DNA of 63,050 bases, filler included, from Polymyxa betae A26-41 (GCA_003693705.1; 5 parts of 5 records of this genome joined end to end with filler, not necessarily neighbours in it); one strand, 5' to 3'. Shown: positions 1 to 12,310, numbered from the whole stretch's first letter. Notes: generated from the sequence alone by a model not told the origin. Translations and numbers: made by a program.

Positions 1-1499
1 CTAATATATCAAATACTCTTATAAGTGACACGCAAAAAAAAATTAATGCGTGTCGCAGATGGGCGGTTCTCGCATTCCCTACTAAACAGTAGCTCTGTAT
101 AACCTCTCTTTTGTCTCGTTATATGCTGCTTAGAGTAGGTGGCGGCATGAAACAATACTATAGGTGATGGCAAGACACAGTTTCTACTGTCCTGGAAGGC
201 TGGAACCCTATGGGTTTACCTATCTCTGCCCCTGAACGGTACGATGAACAGAAGCGGGCTTAAGAAGAGAGTTCGTAGAGATGTCCGCAAGATTCTTTGA
301 TCTTGATAAATTGGTGCATTCGACTCTTCACCAACTCTTTGATATAAAGAGACTGATAGAATCGCTAAATTTATTCTATATGTCACCTGAGAATCTTCAA
401 TCAATATGATCATCATCAGGTCTTGTCTGTGATCAACATCAGCTGAATCTGATAATGCGGGAGAATCCAGAGAATCGATGCCATCGTCATGGGACCTACA
501 GTTCTCTATCACGATAATCAGGGGTCGATAACCTTTAGTGAACGAGAAATCAACCACTCGAAAATGAAGCACATTGCTCTGAGATAAACTGCATTCTCGA
601 ACTAGAGCGTGACGGTCATTTGACATCTGTGTACTTTCCGACATTTCTCAATATTGCTGACATGTTCATTAAATCAGAAAGTCACGAATTCGGGAGATGA
701 TCTCTTGTGTTAAGAATCCCTGCAAAATTACTGGAGGGAGGTAAGTTGAGTCCGCTTCAGAGGTAACGCCACTGCAAGCAGATGATTCCAATGAGGTTTC
801 TGATCCAGCTCAGATTTCATCATAATATGCAAAACACATTTTATTCAGGTTCTAATTCATAACATCTCTCTTCAGTTTATCTCAATTATCTTAGTTCAGT
901 CTCCAGTCTTCTGTTCGTTCTAGTTCTGCTCGGCTTCAGCTGTATTTCCTTTCGATAGCCTTTTCACAAAAATCGTTCCCATCTCTTGTTAAACAAAACG
1001 CAGATATGACCAGTGACAAAGGTTATTTCACGTGATAGCTTTATCATTTCTCTGAACAGAAAACGGATTCTCTTTTTCTTGATTCGACTCATCAAGGTGG
1101 CAGACTGGTTGCAGAAGTTAACACGTCTAGAGTATGATGTCTAACGACATCAAAGAACGCAGCTCCTCTTCGACAAAGTTCAGACTCTTCACTCGACGAC
1201 ACAATGGGTCCGCGCGCTTCGGTACAAAAGGACGATTCGGCTGATGTAGTCACGGCCAGATGAGAAGTCGCAGTAGATGGGCTGTGGTCGGCGACACGTT
1301 TAGTGGTGGTTGCAGTAATGATTGGGCGATAATGGTGATTGCAACAGAAAGGGGCATCAATGGCGATGGCGTTGGATGTGATAGATGACCTTTTAGGTGG
1401 TTTCGCGAGCTTATATTGAATAATGTGTTTGTTCATTTTACAGTACAATGTAATCTGTTTCTGAGAAGACAGGAATCTTCAGTCTTTTTTTACAATTTT

Positions 1500-3180
1500 T
1501 TTAAGCTGCACTAATCGTATTATGTCGGGCGAAGATGCAAGGAATCGTTACATTCCGGATGGGGTGAACAAGGGCGGGTACGAAACGGCGATCTCCAGTT
1601 CGCCGCCCGAACTAGAGAGATTGGTACACAGTACGTGGATCCGATTCGGGACAAGGCATACTGGACCTCAATCCAACGTTACCAATTCGGTAACAGATCA
1701 AGGTCCGCCCCAGTTGCTGAAACGAATATCCGTACTGTTGAAGCGCGAGTCTACGAAGGATGACAATCGCTCAGATGGGGACAATAACGGAATAAACTGT
1801 ATTTTTGTAAGAAGAGAGCTAATTGCATTTCCTGGTAGTAGAATTCTCAATTAGAATCCATACTGAAATTATAGGAAAGAGGGGGCCCATACGGTTCAGA
1901 AAAATATTCGTAGAACTCGAACATAGAACTTTTCTGTGTAGTTTCTTAAAGAATATCAGTAGTACCCTAAAATTTCTTTCATTTGCGACAGCAGGTAGGC
2001 AGGTACTGTACAGCAGGTTGCGATGTTCTTTGAGACCATCATCAGTACGGACATGCTCAAGGGGCTGAGTGAGCGAGAATTCGGCTTCGGAATCGAAACC
2101 ATGACCGGGGTGAGAGTGGCCTCGATAGGACTTTGTAGAACAGTCAAATCCTGATTGAACTGTCCAACGAAATGATGATCAGTTATGCTCACCCAAGTTG
2201 AAAACCCTATACCATCGCTCAGTATCAACACCGAGAAGTTTGAGGGCCTGGAAGTAGAATGTTTTCTGGTTGTTGAAAATGGCCAGCCTTCAATTTCCCA
2301 ATCGAGCCGTTGATGTTCAAGAGATGCCACCTCCATGCCACGAGCGTAACTATCCAGTCCTGTAAGCGATTTGAGACTTCAACCTGACGGACGATCTGGA
2401 TCCGATCAACAGGATTTAGGTTTCGTTACCTTATGGAAAAATATCGACTCTTCGAGCAATGGCGAATTGATGACATATTCTGCAGCTTCCATGGGTCCGA
2501 TTGCCGTGTGACACGCTACATAGCGTGTCATTTCATTCAATTACATACCTGCCTTTCCATTCCGGTAATAAAATCAAAGGTCGAGAGGGAAACAGCCTAA
2601 AGACGAGATCTTCCAGCATATAGAGCCCACGTCTTCCTCAACTTGGGAACTTGCTGGAGGAGTTTTTACCATGCGAGTCCCATTACCCCTCTCACGTTGG
2701 GAAGCTTCTCCCACTTGATCCGTGTGGCCGGATGAAAATGGGTCACAGGATTGTAAATCATGAGATCCATATCGTGGACCTTGACCGTGACCGTTCTTGA
2801 ATCTAATTGAAAGCTGTTGAAAGCTGTTACCTGCCAGATCACTGTGTAATTTCACGAACAAGTTGCGGATCTGTGGATTTGAATGCTAAAATGATTCAGT
2901 AAAGCCGAATACCTGAATGGATCCAATTTCGACTGAAAATGACCCTCTTTACCGAAAATCAGTCGACAATCCATGCCGATGTCGGAGACGTTGTTTGATA
3001 CCATCGTGTTGGCAGATCCTCTGGAGCTGCCGTGAGGTTTTCGATATCGGCAATCTCTCCAAATCGACAGATAACCATGGCATTGAGGTGCACGACGTCC
3101 GCCCAATCGCAAATCCACTCCCAGTCAATGTGTTGGTTGCCATTCTGGGAAAGAAACGAGGTCTTCCAGATCCGAAGACT
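1500..3180 (-). pseudogene. Possible decayed CoA-dependent acyltransferase (condensation/alcohol acetyltransferase-like)
   Basis: Minus-strand fragments in plausible order: VHLNAMVICRFGEIADIENLTAA (~3090-3030), YVACHTAIG (~2510), VLMMVSKNIA..ILGYY (~2050-1960), RFSNWGGP (~1720). Many stops and frameshifts; no clean HxxxD motif. Confidence 0.25.
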
Positions 3181-4472
3181 TATAACAACTTCAGTATTGC
3201 TGAGATTTCAGTACGTACGTGTAATTGCTCCATAATAAATGTATATTATGCAATGAATAGTATAGCTTCTGTCTTCAGTTCTGAGGAAACGCTTCAATTC
3301 CACTCTTCATGGAAATCACATCAAATCCCTTCTGTGCTAAATTGAAAGGTCAGGCCCTTTTCTGTCGTCGCATTCCGACACGATTTTTGAAAAAGAACCT
3401 CGTGATCACAGAAACTGCCCCTGCAATAACTTCTGCGTCGCTGCGCAACTTCTGAAAGAGTTGAGGTCGTTACAGGCTGTACTTCAATTTGCGTCTGCAG
3501 TCTGCTTTCTATCCTTTGTAAGGCTGGTTTCTGCCCGGCGTCTCTTCGATCTGGCATAATGTATATTGACAGCTGAGCAAACATCAGGTCAGATTGTCAC
3601 ATAAAGCCTTACACACTGAATCCGATCACTTCGTAAACGACAACTTCACGTGGCGCGGCGCTTAGGCGACCAACCGCACCATCCTGAAGGACGGGATACA
3701 TCCATTCAAACCAGGCAGAGTTGAGTTGGGATAGCGTTTTTGCTGAAAATGGGCAGTTTGTTATCTTAGTCGGGTCCTAGAACTGTTTGGGAATCCATAT
3801 TCTTTCTATAAACAACAAACTATGAAACATTCCGGGTGGTTGGTAAAAAATTCCCAAAGCATAATACCAAGCCATTACGATTTTATGCCTTAGGAGCTCA
3901 AAAACACGGCACATTATCGTTATCTTCTATATAATGTTAAAAGTACTGATTTCATCGTCCATCGGGCAACATCAAACATTTTCCCACTCATTGAATTTTA
4001 ACGGATCATCAAACTACGGATCGTATTTGTTTGATACAGAAAATGGATCCGATCGACCTTGCAAACCTTGATGCTCGTAGAATGGGCAAGATGCTCTGTC
4101 AAGAAGACTTGGCGGTCACGAAAGCAAGCAACTTCGGCTGCTGCCTGTACAGATCAGAATATCGATGAAAATTTTTAATAAAAAATTAATCGCATTTATA
4201 ATTTTTACCATCCTAGTTAAACAACGTCTACAATGCCTCCTTTCGAAGCACTTTGCTTCTAAACCCATTGTGATGGATCTTATTGAAGGATTTGTGTCCA
4301 CAACAGTCTACCTCAGTACGTGTTTTGGCGCAACCTGCCGCACCGGTACTGTACATGACCATTTTTATACCACGTAGAGAAACCCTTTCCCAGTGGGCTA
4401 CCGACTTACGAAGGTCGATGGTTTAAGCGGCGCAACCTCCGATGACCTCCCCCTCATCTGACAGTCGTCATT

Positions 4473-7400
4473 ATGATGAAATTAAGAGCCGCCTCGAGGC
4501 GGATGATTTCATCGCTGTCATCGCTGTCATCCCGTCGCTCGATCATCTTGGCGGGCGCAGCTGGGTGCGGGAAAACTACGGTCGGGAAAATACTAGCCCA
4601 ACGATTGGGGCGTCAATGGATCGACGTCGACGATCATGTTTTAGAGCCGACCTGGCGCCAATCGGTAGCCGAGAAACTTGCTAAATTGGGCGATACAGCG
4701 TTTCTGGCTGCTGAATCGGAGGCTGTGCGTCACTTCCAAATTCCGGAGGCTTCAGTCGTCTCGCTATCAGGATCTAATCCGGTAGGTAGTCGAAACCTTT
4801 TCTTTTCCATTTAGATCGTAATAGCTATACTTATCAATTTGTTCAAAGTCAGCATAGTGTTGCCTAAACTTTGCTTTTCTTTTCTTCATGTCATTCTCAC
4901 TCTGTTTTTTGACTTCAACGCTTTTGTTTGAATGCTTTCTTTCCTTCCGGCAGTACTTATTAACCCTTTCTCGTGTTGCAGCTCGATCCCAACACAATGA
5001 AGTACATATCGAAATTCGGCGTCGTGATCTACCTTGATTATCCGATTGACACTATCCAGTCTCGTCTGGAGCAGATGAAAGTCGATCGGATTGTTGGACA
5101 ATCCAGCGGGCAGTCTATTGGTACAATTCTACGCCGCCGGGCACCTTTCTACGATTCCTGCTACGACATTCGTGTGGTGTTAACATCTCAGGATACTCCC
5201 AACGACATCGCCGATCTCGTCCTGCATGCTTTCGGAAAAAACGAACGATTTGTTAGCTGTCGCGGTTATCAAGGTCCTTCGTCAGAATACTTTCCATTGT
5301 TAACAACTTTGCTTCTTACCTATCGCTGGTTTATCTTGTAATGATTGCATTTCTGTACTTCGAGTTTTATTTTATTTTTTGTGCTGTTTGTATAACTTAT
5401 AACCACCATTTTCAGAAAACGTTTTCTGAAGGCATTATAGGCCATGAAACCTTCGGTCAGGTGGTGCGGAAAGGTTTGGCTCCTGATCAAGGCCTATTCG
5501 TGCCTCAAAGATTGCTCGCTCCATGGTCAATTGAACAGCTGGGGCGCTTAGAGCAGCTGGATTTTCCTTCTCGTTTGCAACGTGTGATGGAATATTTCCC
5601 GCTGGGAGATCTACACCCGTCTAAGCTCGCAACTATGATCTCTAATGCTTACCAAAGCTTTGCACGGCCCGATGATGTTCTACCCTTACGACAATTGAAA
5701 GGAAATCTGTTTCTACAGGAAACATATCATGGCCCGACCGCATCATTTAAGGTTTAGAATAATTCATCTCCACACCTTATCAAACTAATGTTTCCGTAAC
5801 AGGATCTTGCTCTTCAGCTCACTCCGAGGCTCATGTCATGGGCTACAACGCTACCAGGTCGGTTTCCCGTTTAATCTAGTCTTTCGTCCTTTGCAAAATT
5901 AAAAATCAATTTGCATCAATTTCGGCTGCTTCCACAATCATATGATTTTAAAAAGTTTCTTTTATTTCAGTTTTTCAAAAAGTATGCTGTTTATGGTTAT
6001 GGTTTCAGCCTTGTTTGAGAGATGACTGAACGGTTTGCAGAGCATCATCGTTCGAAGTTGGCGTTGCTTGTCGCGACATCTGGCGATACTGGTGTTGCTG
6101 CTCTTGATGGATTCTCCAGGGTTGAGACTCCCTCGATGGTCCTATATCCCTCGCATGGTGTCAGTACTGTACAAAAGCACCAAATGCTGGTCATATCAGA
6201 GACAAACCCTCGAACGCGCGTCATCGGTATGCGCTTTATTGTTTTTTTAGGTCTTATTAGGTCTTAAACTGTTATTTTGGCTTTTTCTGTTTTCTCTGTC
6301 GCTGTATTATTGTTAAACATTCTTTGGTTTAGGCGCCATCTGCTTTTTTAGGTCTTAACTGTTATTTTGGCATTTTCTCTTTTCTCTGTCGCTGTATTAT
6401 TGTCAAGCATTCTTTGGTTTAAGCGCTATCTGCTTTTTTAGGTCTTATGTGTTATTTTGGCATTCTCTGTTTTCTCTCTCGCTGTATTATTGTCAAACAT
6501 TTTTTAGAGTTATTTTGGCATTTTCTCTTTTCTCTGTCGCTGTATTATTGTTAAACATTCTTTGGTTTAGGCGCCATCTGCTTTTTTAGGTCTTAACTGT
6601 TATTTTGGCATTTTCTCTTTTCTCTGTCGCTGTATTATTGTCAAGCATTCTTCGGTTTAGGCGCTATCTGCTTTTTTAGGTCTTATGTGTTATTTTGGCA
6701 TTCTCTGTTTTCTCTGTAGCTGTATTATTGTTAAAAACATTCTTTGGTTTAGGCGTCGATGGCGATTTTGATTACTGCCAGAAAGCTGTCAAGGATCTGT
6801 TGACATCAAGCGGTAGCACGCATGGATTCAAGTTATCGGCCGGCAATTCGATGAATTGGGGACGATTCGTACCCCAAGTGGTCTATGCGGTTAGTTCTTA
6901 TTTGGATTTGGTGCGATCTGGCGAAATATCGTTGGGAAATGCGATGGACGTCGTGGTGCCAACAGGCAACTTTGGCCATGTTCTGGGGATGTACCTGGCT
7001 AAAAGGGTTTTCGGTGTTCCTATTCGACGTCTCATATGCGCCTCGAATGAGAATGACGTCCTGGTGGAATTTCTCAACACTGGCGTCTATGATCTCAGGC
7101 ATCGGAAGTTACAGCGCACCATGTCGCCATCTGTTGATATTCTGCTGTCATCCAACGTCGAACGTTTGCTGTATTTCCTGAGTGATGGAGATGCCAGTCT
7201 CGTAACACAATGCTTCGACGACTTGATGCGTCATGGATGGTTTAAACTCTCAGAGAGTCTGGTTTCCGAGCTTCGCAACGATTTCGGTGCCATGGCCTGC
7301 TCTGAACGTGATTGCTTAGCTACAATTGCTTCAATCTACGCTGAAACCCGTACCGTCTTAGATCCTCACACAGCACTGGGTGTTCATGTCGCCCAAAAGA

Positions 7401-7714
7401 TGCAAGCGGATGGTGTACCGATTGTAATCTCAGCGACTGCCCATTATGCCAAGTTCCCGTTTGCTGTGTTGAATGCCTTAGGTTTGAATTCAGCTTCTCA
7501 TGATTCAGTTATATCGGCTTTGTCACGTCTGGATGCTGTTAACACGCACACGCCAATGCATGAGGGTCTGCGAAAAGTCATGCAGACTACTGTATCTCCA
7601 GAAAATGAGCATCATCTACCGGCAGATATGGCCCTCATCAGAGCCGAGGTCGTTAAATTTTTAGAAGAACAGAAGCAATATGAAGCTGCTTACCGTTCTT
7701 TGGAATTATCTTGA
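4473..7714 (+). CDS. THNSL1: Threonine synthase-like 1 (N-terminal shikimate-kinase-like P-loop domain plus PLP threonine synthase domain), ~704 aa, 6 exons
   Basis: Exons 4473-4781, 4982-5273, 5441-5751, 5803-5857, 6041-6226, 6753-7714; all introns GT-AG; 2115 nt in frame. Motifs GAAGCGKTT, IDVDD, SLSGSNP, GLAPDQGLFVP, HGPTASFK|DLALQ (PLP Lys), ATSGDTG, NSMNWGR, VPTGNFG, ASNEND, DPHTA, TAHYAKF. R/S-rich N-terminus resembles a mitochondrial presequence. Confidence 0.92.
6242..6755 (+). repeat. ~89-bp tandem repeat (~5.5 copies) filling intron 5 of the THNSL1-like gene
   Basis: Unit TTTTTTAGGTCTTAACTGTTATTTTGGCATTTTCTCTTTTCTCTGTCGCTGTATTATTGTTAAACATTCTTTGGTTTAGGCGCCATCTGC, with one shortened copy. 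The last copy supplies the acceptor at 6752. Confidence 0.92.
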
Positions 7715-8060
7715 AAATGTCATATTGTGAGATATTATAAATGATCAGATGATATCACCATGATACTTGAGTTTGTTCCCCATCTATTTGTACTGGGTGA
7801 ATGTTGGCCAGCTCCGAAATTGGATTCCGAAGTGAACCCTCGTACTTCAGGTGGCTTTGGCCATGCGCTTAGATGCCTGTCGACAGACAGTAGATCAGCG
7901 GACAACTGCAAACGTCACCTCGTAATCCGATAAAAGCTGGATCCAGCATGCCGAAAAAGTTCGAAAGGTGGAAAAGTTTAAGATACAATACCCATTATCA
8001 CTGGGTGGTTGTTTGCACAATCGAAAAAAAGGCAACAGTATACTAGAGCTATAAAAAAAC

Positions 8061-8142
8061 AGCCGTCGACGAGATTCGAACTCGCGCGGGCAGAGCCCAA
8101 ATGATTTCTAATCATTCTCCTTAACCACTCGGACACAACGGC
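8061..8142 (-). tRNA. tRNA-Ser(AGA)
   Basis: Reverse complement GCCGTTGTGTCCGAGTGGTTAAGGAGAATGATTAGAAATCATTTGGGCTCTGCCCGCGCGAGTTCGAATCTCGTCGACGGCT: 7-bp acceptor stem, anticodon loop TT-AGA-AA, long variable arm GGGC-TCT-GCCC, TTCGAAT T-loop, T7 Pol III terminator at 8053-8059. Confidence 0.96.
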
Positions 8143-8554
8143 AATTTCTGAATACCAAGAGATCCGTGGCGCTCAATATCGCGTCATAAACTTGAATCGA
8201 ACTCGGTAATCAGCTTCTCTTAGATTCAAACAAATCTCCCCACAAAATCATATTTGCAACGATTGCCAGCCAATTCCCGCATTCTCTGTTCGCTGAAGAA
8301 GTGTTTTCATAATCAAAATCTAACGATTCGCATATCTGCTCTAAGAAACTATTAAAAAGAGATAACGCGTTTTAACACCGATTCGTTGTGCTATCAAATA
8401 ACAATGGGTCAAGTTTGTTAAATGCAATTAACGATCTGTGCCATCACCATCAGCACAAGGCTGATTCTGGGGTCCCGGCTAAATTCAGAACTATCAGAAC
8501 ACACCCATTACTGGTATGAAATAAGGATTCGTTCCGTCTGTATGTTAAAGCAAA

Positions 8555-9039
8555 TCAGCGAAAACTGTCTTCAGAATCTGCAGCGTCGTCTTCAAAGTCG
8601 GGTTGATCGTCGGTGACCTCTGAGATACAGACGCCAGGGGGTGTCTGATCATCCTCCTCACTCTGATCGGCATCCTGCTCAACGAACGCTACTTCCAACA
8701 GAGAATATTCCGGGTATGAGCGCTGAACAAGCTGCCGCGCGAACTCTAACAGTCCGAGATCGTTCAGTGATGAAAACTCGTCGTCCGTGAGGTCCAGCAC
8801 GACTGAAACGTAATATGAATAGTCGAAAGAGATGCTGAATGGGTGCAGTTACCAGTCGTTATATCGTGGACTGTGATCAGGTCAGAGGACGATTTCAGCG
8901 CCGGAAGGCCTGTAACGAATCGGCTCCGGCCATGCAATAGTAACGTAATCACGTTACCACGATCGGCGGTGGAACAGGAACTGTCGGCGGAAACTGCGAC
9001 CGCAAACAGAGCGCAGCAGGCCATCAGCAGCAGCGTCAT
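8555..9039 (-). CDS. Small secreted protein with acidic C-terminus (~144 aa, 2 exons), unknown function
   Basis: Signal-peptide-like MTLLLMACCALFAVAVSA. A 50-bp GTAACT...TTTCAG intron (8852-8803) joins ORF 8764-9039 in frame to ORF 8555-8800 (ITT-V-VLDLTDDE). D/E-rich tail. Confidence 0.65.
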
Positions 9040-9338
9040 GGGTCTTCAACAGGTACGTAGAGATGTCAGTAACGGCGGTGTCCTATAATAGTCGATTCGA
9101 CGGGAATTGACAGTGCTGGCGGACTTGTCTTATTCACAGGTCATGGCCCGCAAATTTCAAATAACGACCCTGCTACGTCTGCGACCGGTCGCAGTTTTAA
9201 CTGCGTGCGCGACCTCCTATATAGGCGGTCGCATACGTCTTAGATCTACGACCACAGTAATACTCGTATTCTTATAACTACATGTGTATTGAATAATTGA
9301 ATATGATGGATGCCGCCATTAAAATCCTAGGTCTCCCA

Positions 9339-9813
9339 TCATTTCTTGCAAGTTTTTGTATTATGTCCTTGCTCCCCGCAGACAGAACATGTTATCGCGG
9401 ACCTTTTCCGTTTGGTTCGCTGTTGCTCCGCTTGGCTTACGTAACGCTTGCTTCCTGACTTCGGTCGTCCTTTCGTTTGCACTCGCAAAGGATTTCGTAT
9501 TTCGACCGGATCCGTTGGTTTCGATTGTGACAGATTAATTGACGCTTCAACATTCTTCGTTAATGAGATCAATGTGGACTTGACCATGTCGAAGATGACT
9601 GCGTCAGATACAGACCGTAAAATCAGCGTTTTTGATAAAGAAGACAGCTCCGCAATTCTCTCGTCTTCGCTGACCTTCTCTTGCTCGCTTGATGTCACTA
9701 AGGGGCAAATAGCGAACTCGACCAAACGAGATTGGCGAATGTTACTGACAAAACCTCGTGTCCACCGCTGATTGAATAGCTCGACAGGGCAGGATAGTTG
9801 GTTTGAATGCCGG
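9339..9813 (-). mobile_element. 3' fragment of a MULE/FAR1-type transposase, cut by the contig end
   Basis: ELFNQRWTR (FAR1-like RWT motif), VQTKGRPK and terminal zinc knuckle CSVCGEQGHNTKTC. Confidence 0.6.
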
Positions 9814-9913
9814 NNNNNNNNNNNNNNNNNNNNNNNNNNNNNNNNNNNNNNNNNNNNTTAATTAATTAANNNNNNNNNNNNNNNNNNNNNNNNNNNNNNN
9901 NNNNNNNNNNNNN
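9814..9913. other. Artificial contig spacer
   Basis: N44-TTAATTAATTAA-N44; stops in all six frames; identical at four places. Confidence 0.97.
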
Positions 9914-10173
9914 AGTAGCGCAGATTCATGACACATAATGTGTGGCGGCTCTATCCCATATCAATCCTATAGCCATGTTAACAACATATCATGTGATTTG
10001 GTTCAATCATTACCAAGCGTACGATCAGGGAACTGAATTGTTAACCAATGCAGAAAAATGATTGCTATTTTTCTGGTCATCCAGTGCGACTCCGAGAAGA
10101 CCACAACGCTCTTGCTATAGTGCGCCCATTGCTTATAGCGCTACTTGAGATCTCGATGTTAAGATTGCAATAA

Positions 10174-10305
10174 TGAATGCAGAATCAATATATTAAATAG
10201 ATTACAAACCCTTAAATATAGCCAGAGTCGGAGGATAGCTCGGACCTCGGAGAGTCTCCGGTTCATCGGAGCATATTCGATATAGTGAGCTTTCCGATTC
10301 ATCGG
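10174..10305. repeat. Dispersed repeat, probable LTR fragment (second copy at 22881-23005)
   Basis: GATTACAAACCCTTAAATATAGCCAGAGTCGGAGGATAGCTCGGA closely matches GATTACAAGCCTTTTTATAGAGCCAAAATCGGAGGATAGCTCGGA. TATA-like box on the minus strand. Confidence 0.6.
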
Positions 10306-10461
10306 AGCTTAGTCAATATACAGTATTTCCTTTTATTAAAACCCTGAGATTTGAGGGTATTAAGGAATTCCAGGGTCCAGGATCTTATCTAAAGTACGAA
10401 ATCGGGTTTCAGGGTCTTAACGTGAGGAATGAATCAGCAGTTTAAGAAATCGTTGCAGACG

Positions 10462-12310
10462 TCATCTGTTGCAAATTCTTAATCGTTCCGCAGGAAGGGC
10501 GATGTAAGCACCAGTGGTGAGGGGTTCCCCGAACGGATCTTCTCCTAATGACTCACCAGAAAAGACGTAGGAAATAAAGACTATGACTGATCCTACGGCC
10601 ACAGGTGCGCCATGAAGCGTGTTGCGGTAAGCGCAAACAGTACCTCTCAGGACTGGCTTCGATGTGGTATTGTTAAATTCCACAAGCATTATTCCTTCCT
10701 CAAAATCTTGGCTGTCAAGCCTATTTGGCTCAGAAGCTTGATCATGCTTAATCTCATCCAACTCGTCGTTTGCTTCCGTATCGTATTCAGCGTCGGAAAA
10801 AACGCTTACGCTGCCCTCCGATCGGAAGTGGAATCGTCACTGTCAAAATCGGAATTGGTCCCTTTGTCATCAGAATCGAAATTGACAACAAGCTTGGTGT
10901 TCACTTCCCCAAACTTGTAATCTTTCACCCCTTGGATGTTAACTTGGGACGGATCCGAGCCAACTGTTCCCAGAAAACATCCAGTTTTCTCAAAATATCG
11001 AATATAAGTTTGCGGGCTGAACTCCTCCCAGGCCTCTCGTACCCACTAACTTGCACGAAATCAAATACTTCATCATTCTTCCGGCGCCGACATCAACTGT
11101 TTTCAATTGGTATCCACAAACATACAGACATTCAACACCAAGACACAGTACCCGGCTGCAAGAGATCAGTGACGTTAGGTGGAAAATATACTAATTTTCC
11201 AATAAACATCATCTCTTGCTTGAAGTCTTGAGCAAGGTGCGTTTCAAGATTATCGCAAAACAGGACTCGGTTTGGATCGTTTCCAGCGAAAGCTGGGTCA
11301 AACCGCATTGCATGCGCGATCAAGACTGCTGTTTTGGTATCAACCCAGGCGCATTCTTGAAAACGCACTCGGACCCGTTTGTCCTACAAGAAATTCTGTT
11401 GACCAGCTGCGTTTCGATTGTGAATTTCGAGGTCTGACCCATTTCTGGGTCTCAGACGATTGCATGATGTTGGTCCCCTTTCCTCTAAAAATAACGTGGG
11501 GCATCGGCTGCACCTTGGGATTTGCTCTGATGCATAGGAAAAGAGGGGCCTGGCGTTTTTCTAGTCCTGATTTATGCTGGCGTACCCAAACCCGTTCGGC
11601 ACCAGTATCGTCAAGTGTACGTTGGTCGCCATCATTGACAAACGGGAGAGGAACCTAGATCGAACAGCGTTAGACCGAAATTGTCACAGTTCAGTCTAAC
11701 CTCGTCGAAATTAAATATTGAAGAGACCGATATCTGGTTTGCCTTCCAGGACTCTATCTGCTGATGAAACTGAAAAAGTACTGGTTTCACAAGCTTTACG
11801 TCGAGTTTCTTGCGGTTGTTCCACAGCCTAATTGAAAATCCTTGTCTTGCTAAGAACCCATGATAATACCAGCCACGAGAGAGTCGGATGTGTTTGACGA
11901 GACCTAGAAGCTCCACATTCAGGTCCAAGTAACAATGTAACGTACTACAGACCTCGTCTGCGGCGTTTTCTGACAGCTCTTGCCAGTTGCTCCTCAAGGA
12001 ACCGTAGGTCGCGCAGCCAAAACCGGTTGAACCTGGGTTTCTTAGACGAGTTTGATGAGGATGCTGCCACGTCACAAATGATCTCCATGTTCTTCATCCA
12101 GCCAATAATGGTGTTATGAGCAATGCCCGTTTCATCAGATTCTCGCTGGACGGCTGCTGAACGACCACGCTGTTTTCCCTTTGGTCTGCCTTCATATTCG
12201 AGAACCTTGGCAACAATCTCGGCTCTCTTCATGTATGTGAACCGGGACCGCTTTGGAGCGCTGTTATGATTACTGCAAGGATTACTCACAGCCGTCGGTT
12301 GCGCGAACAA
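10462..12310 (-). mobile_element. Decayed pogo/Tigger-type (CENP-B HTH + DDE_1) transposase
   Basis: KRSRFTYMKRAEIV..TIIGW HTH, LSRGWYYHGFLARQGFSIR, IFNFDE, FQECAWVD, LFCDNLETH, FPPNVTDLLQP across frameshifted ORFs. Confidence 0.8.

Noticed and set aside
1522-3584. Many short overlapping ORFs in the six-frame track
   Set aside because: No motifs, alternative starts or antisense to other features; treated as chance ORFs here and throughout the window.
6242-6755. CRISPR-like array
   Set aside because: Head-to-tail repeats without unique spacers, inside a eukaryotic intron; no cas genes.
9858-9869. TTAATTAATTAA as a biological motif or piggyBac target
   Set aside because: Always centred in exactly 100-bp N spacers; a synthetic six-frame-stop contig linker.
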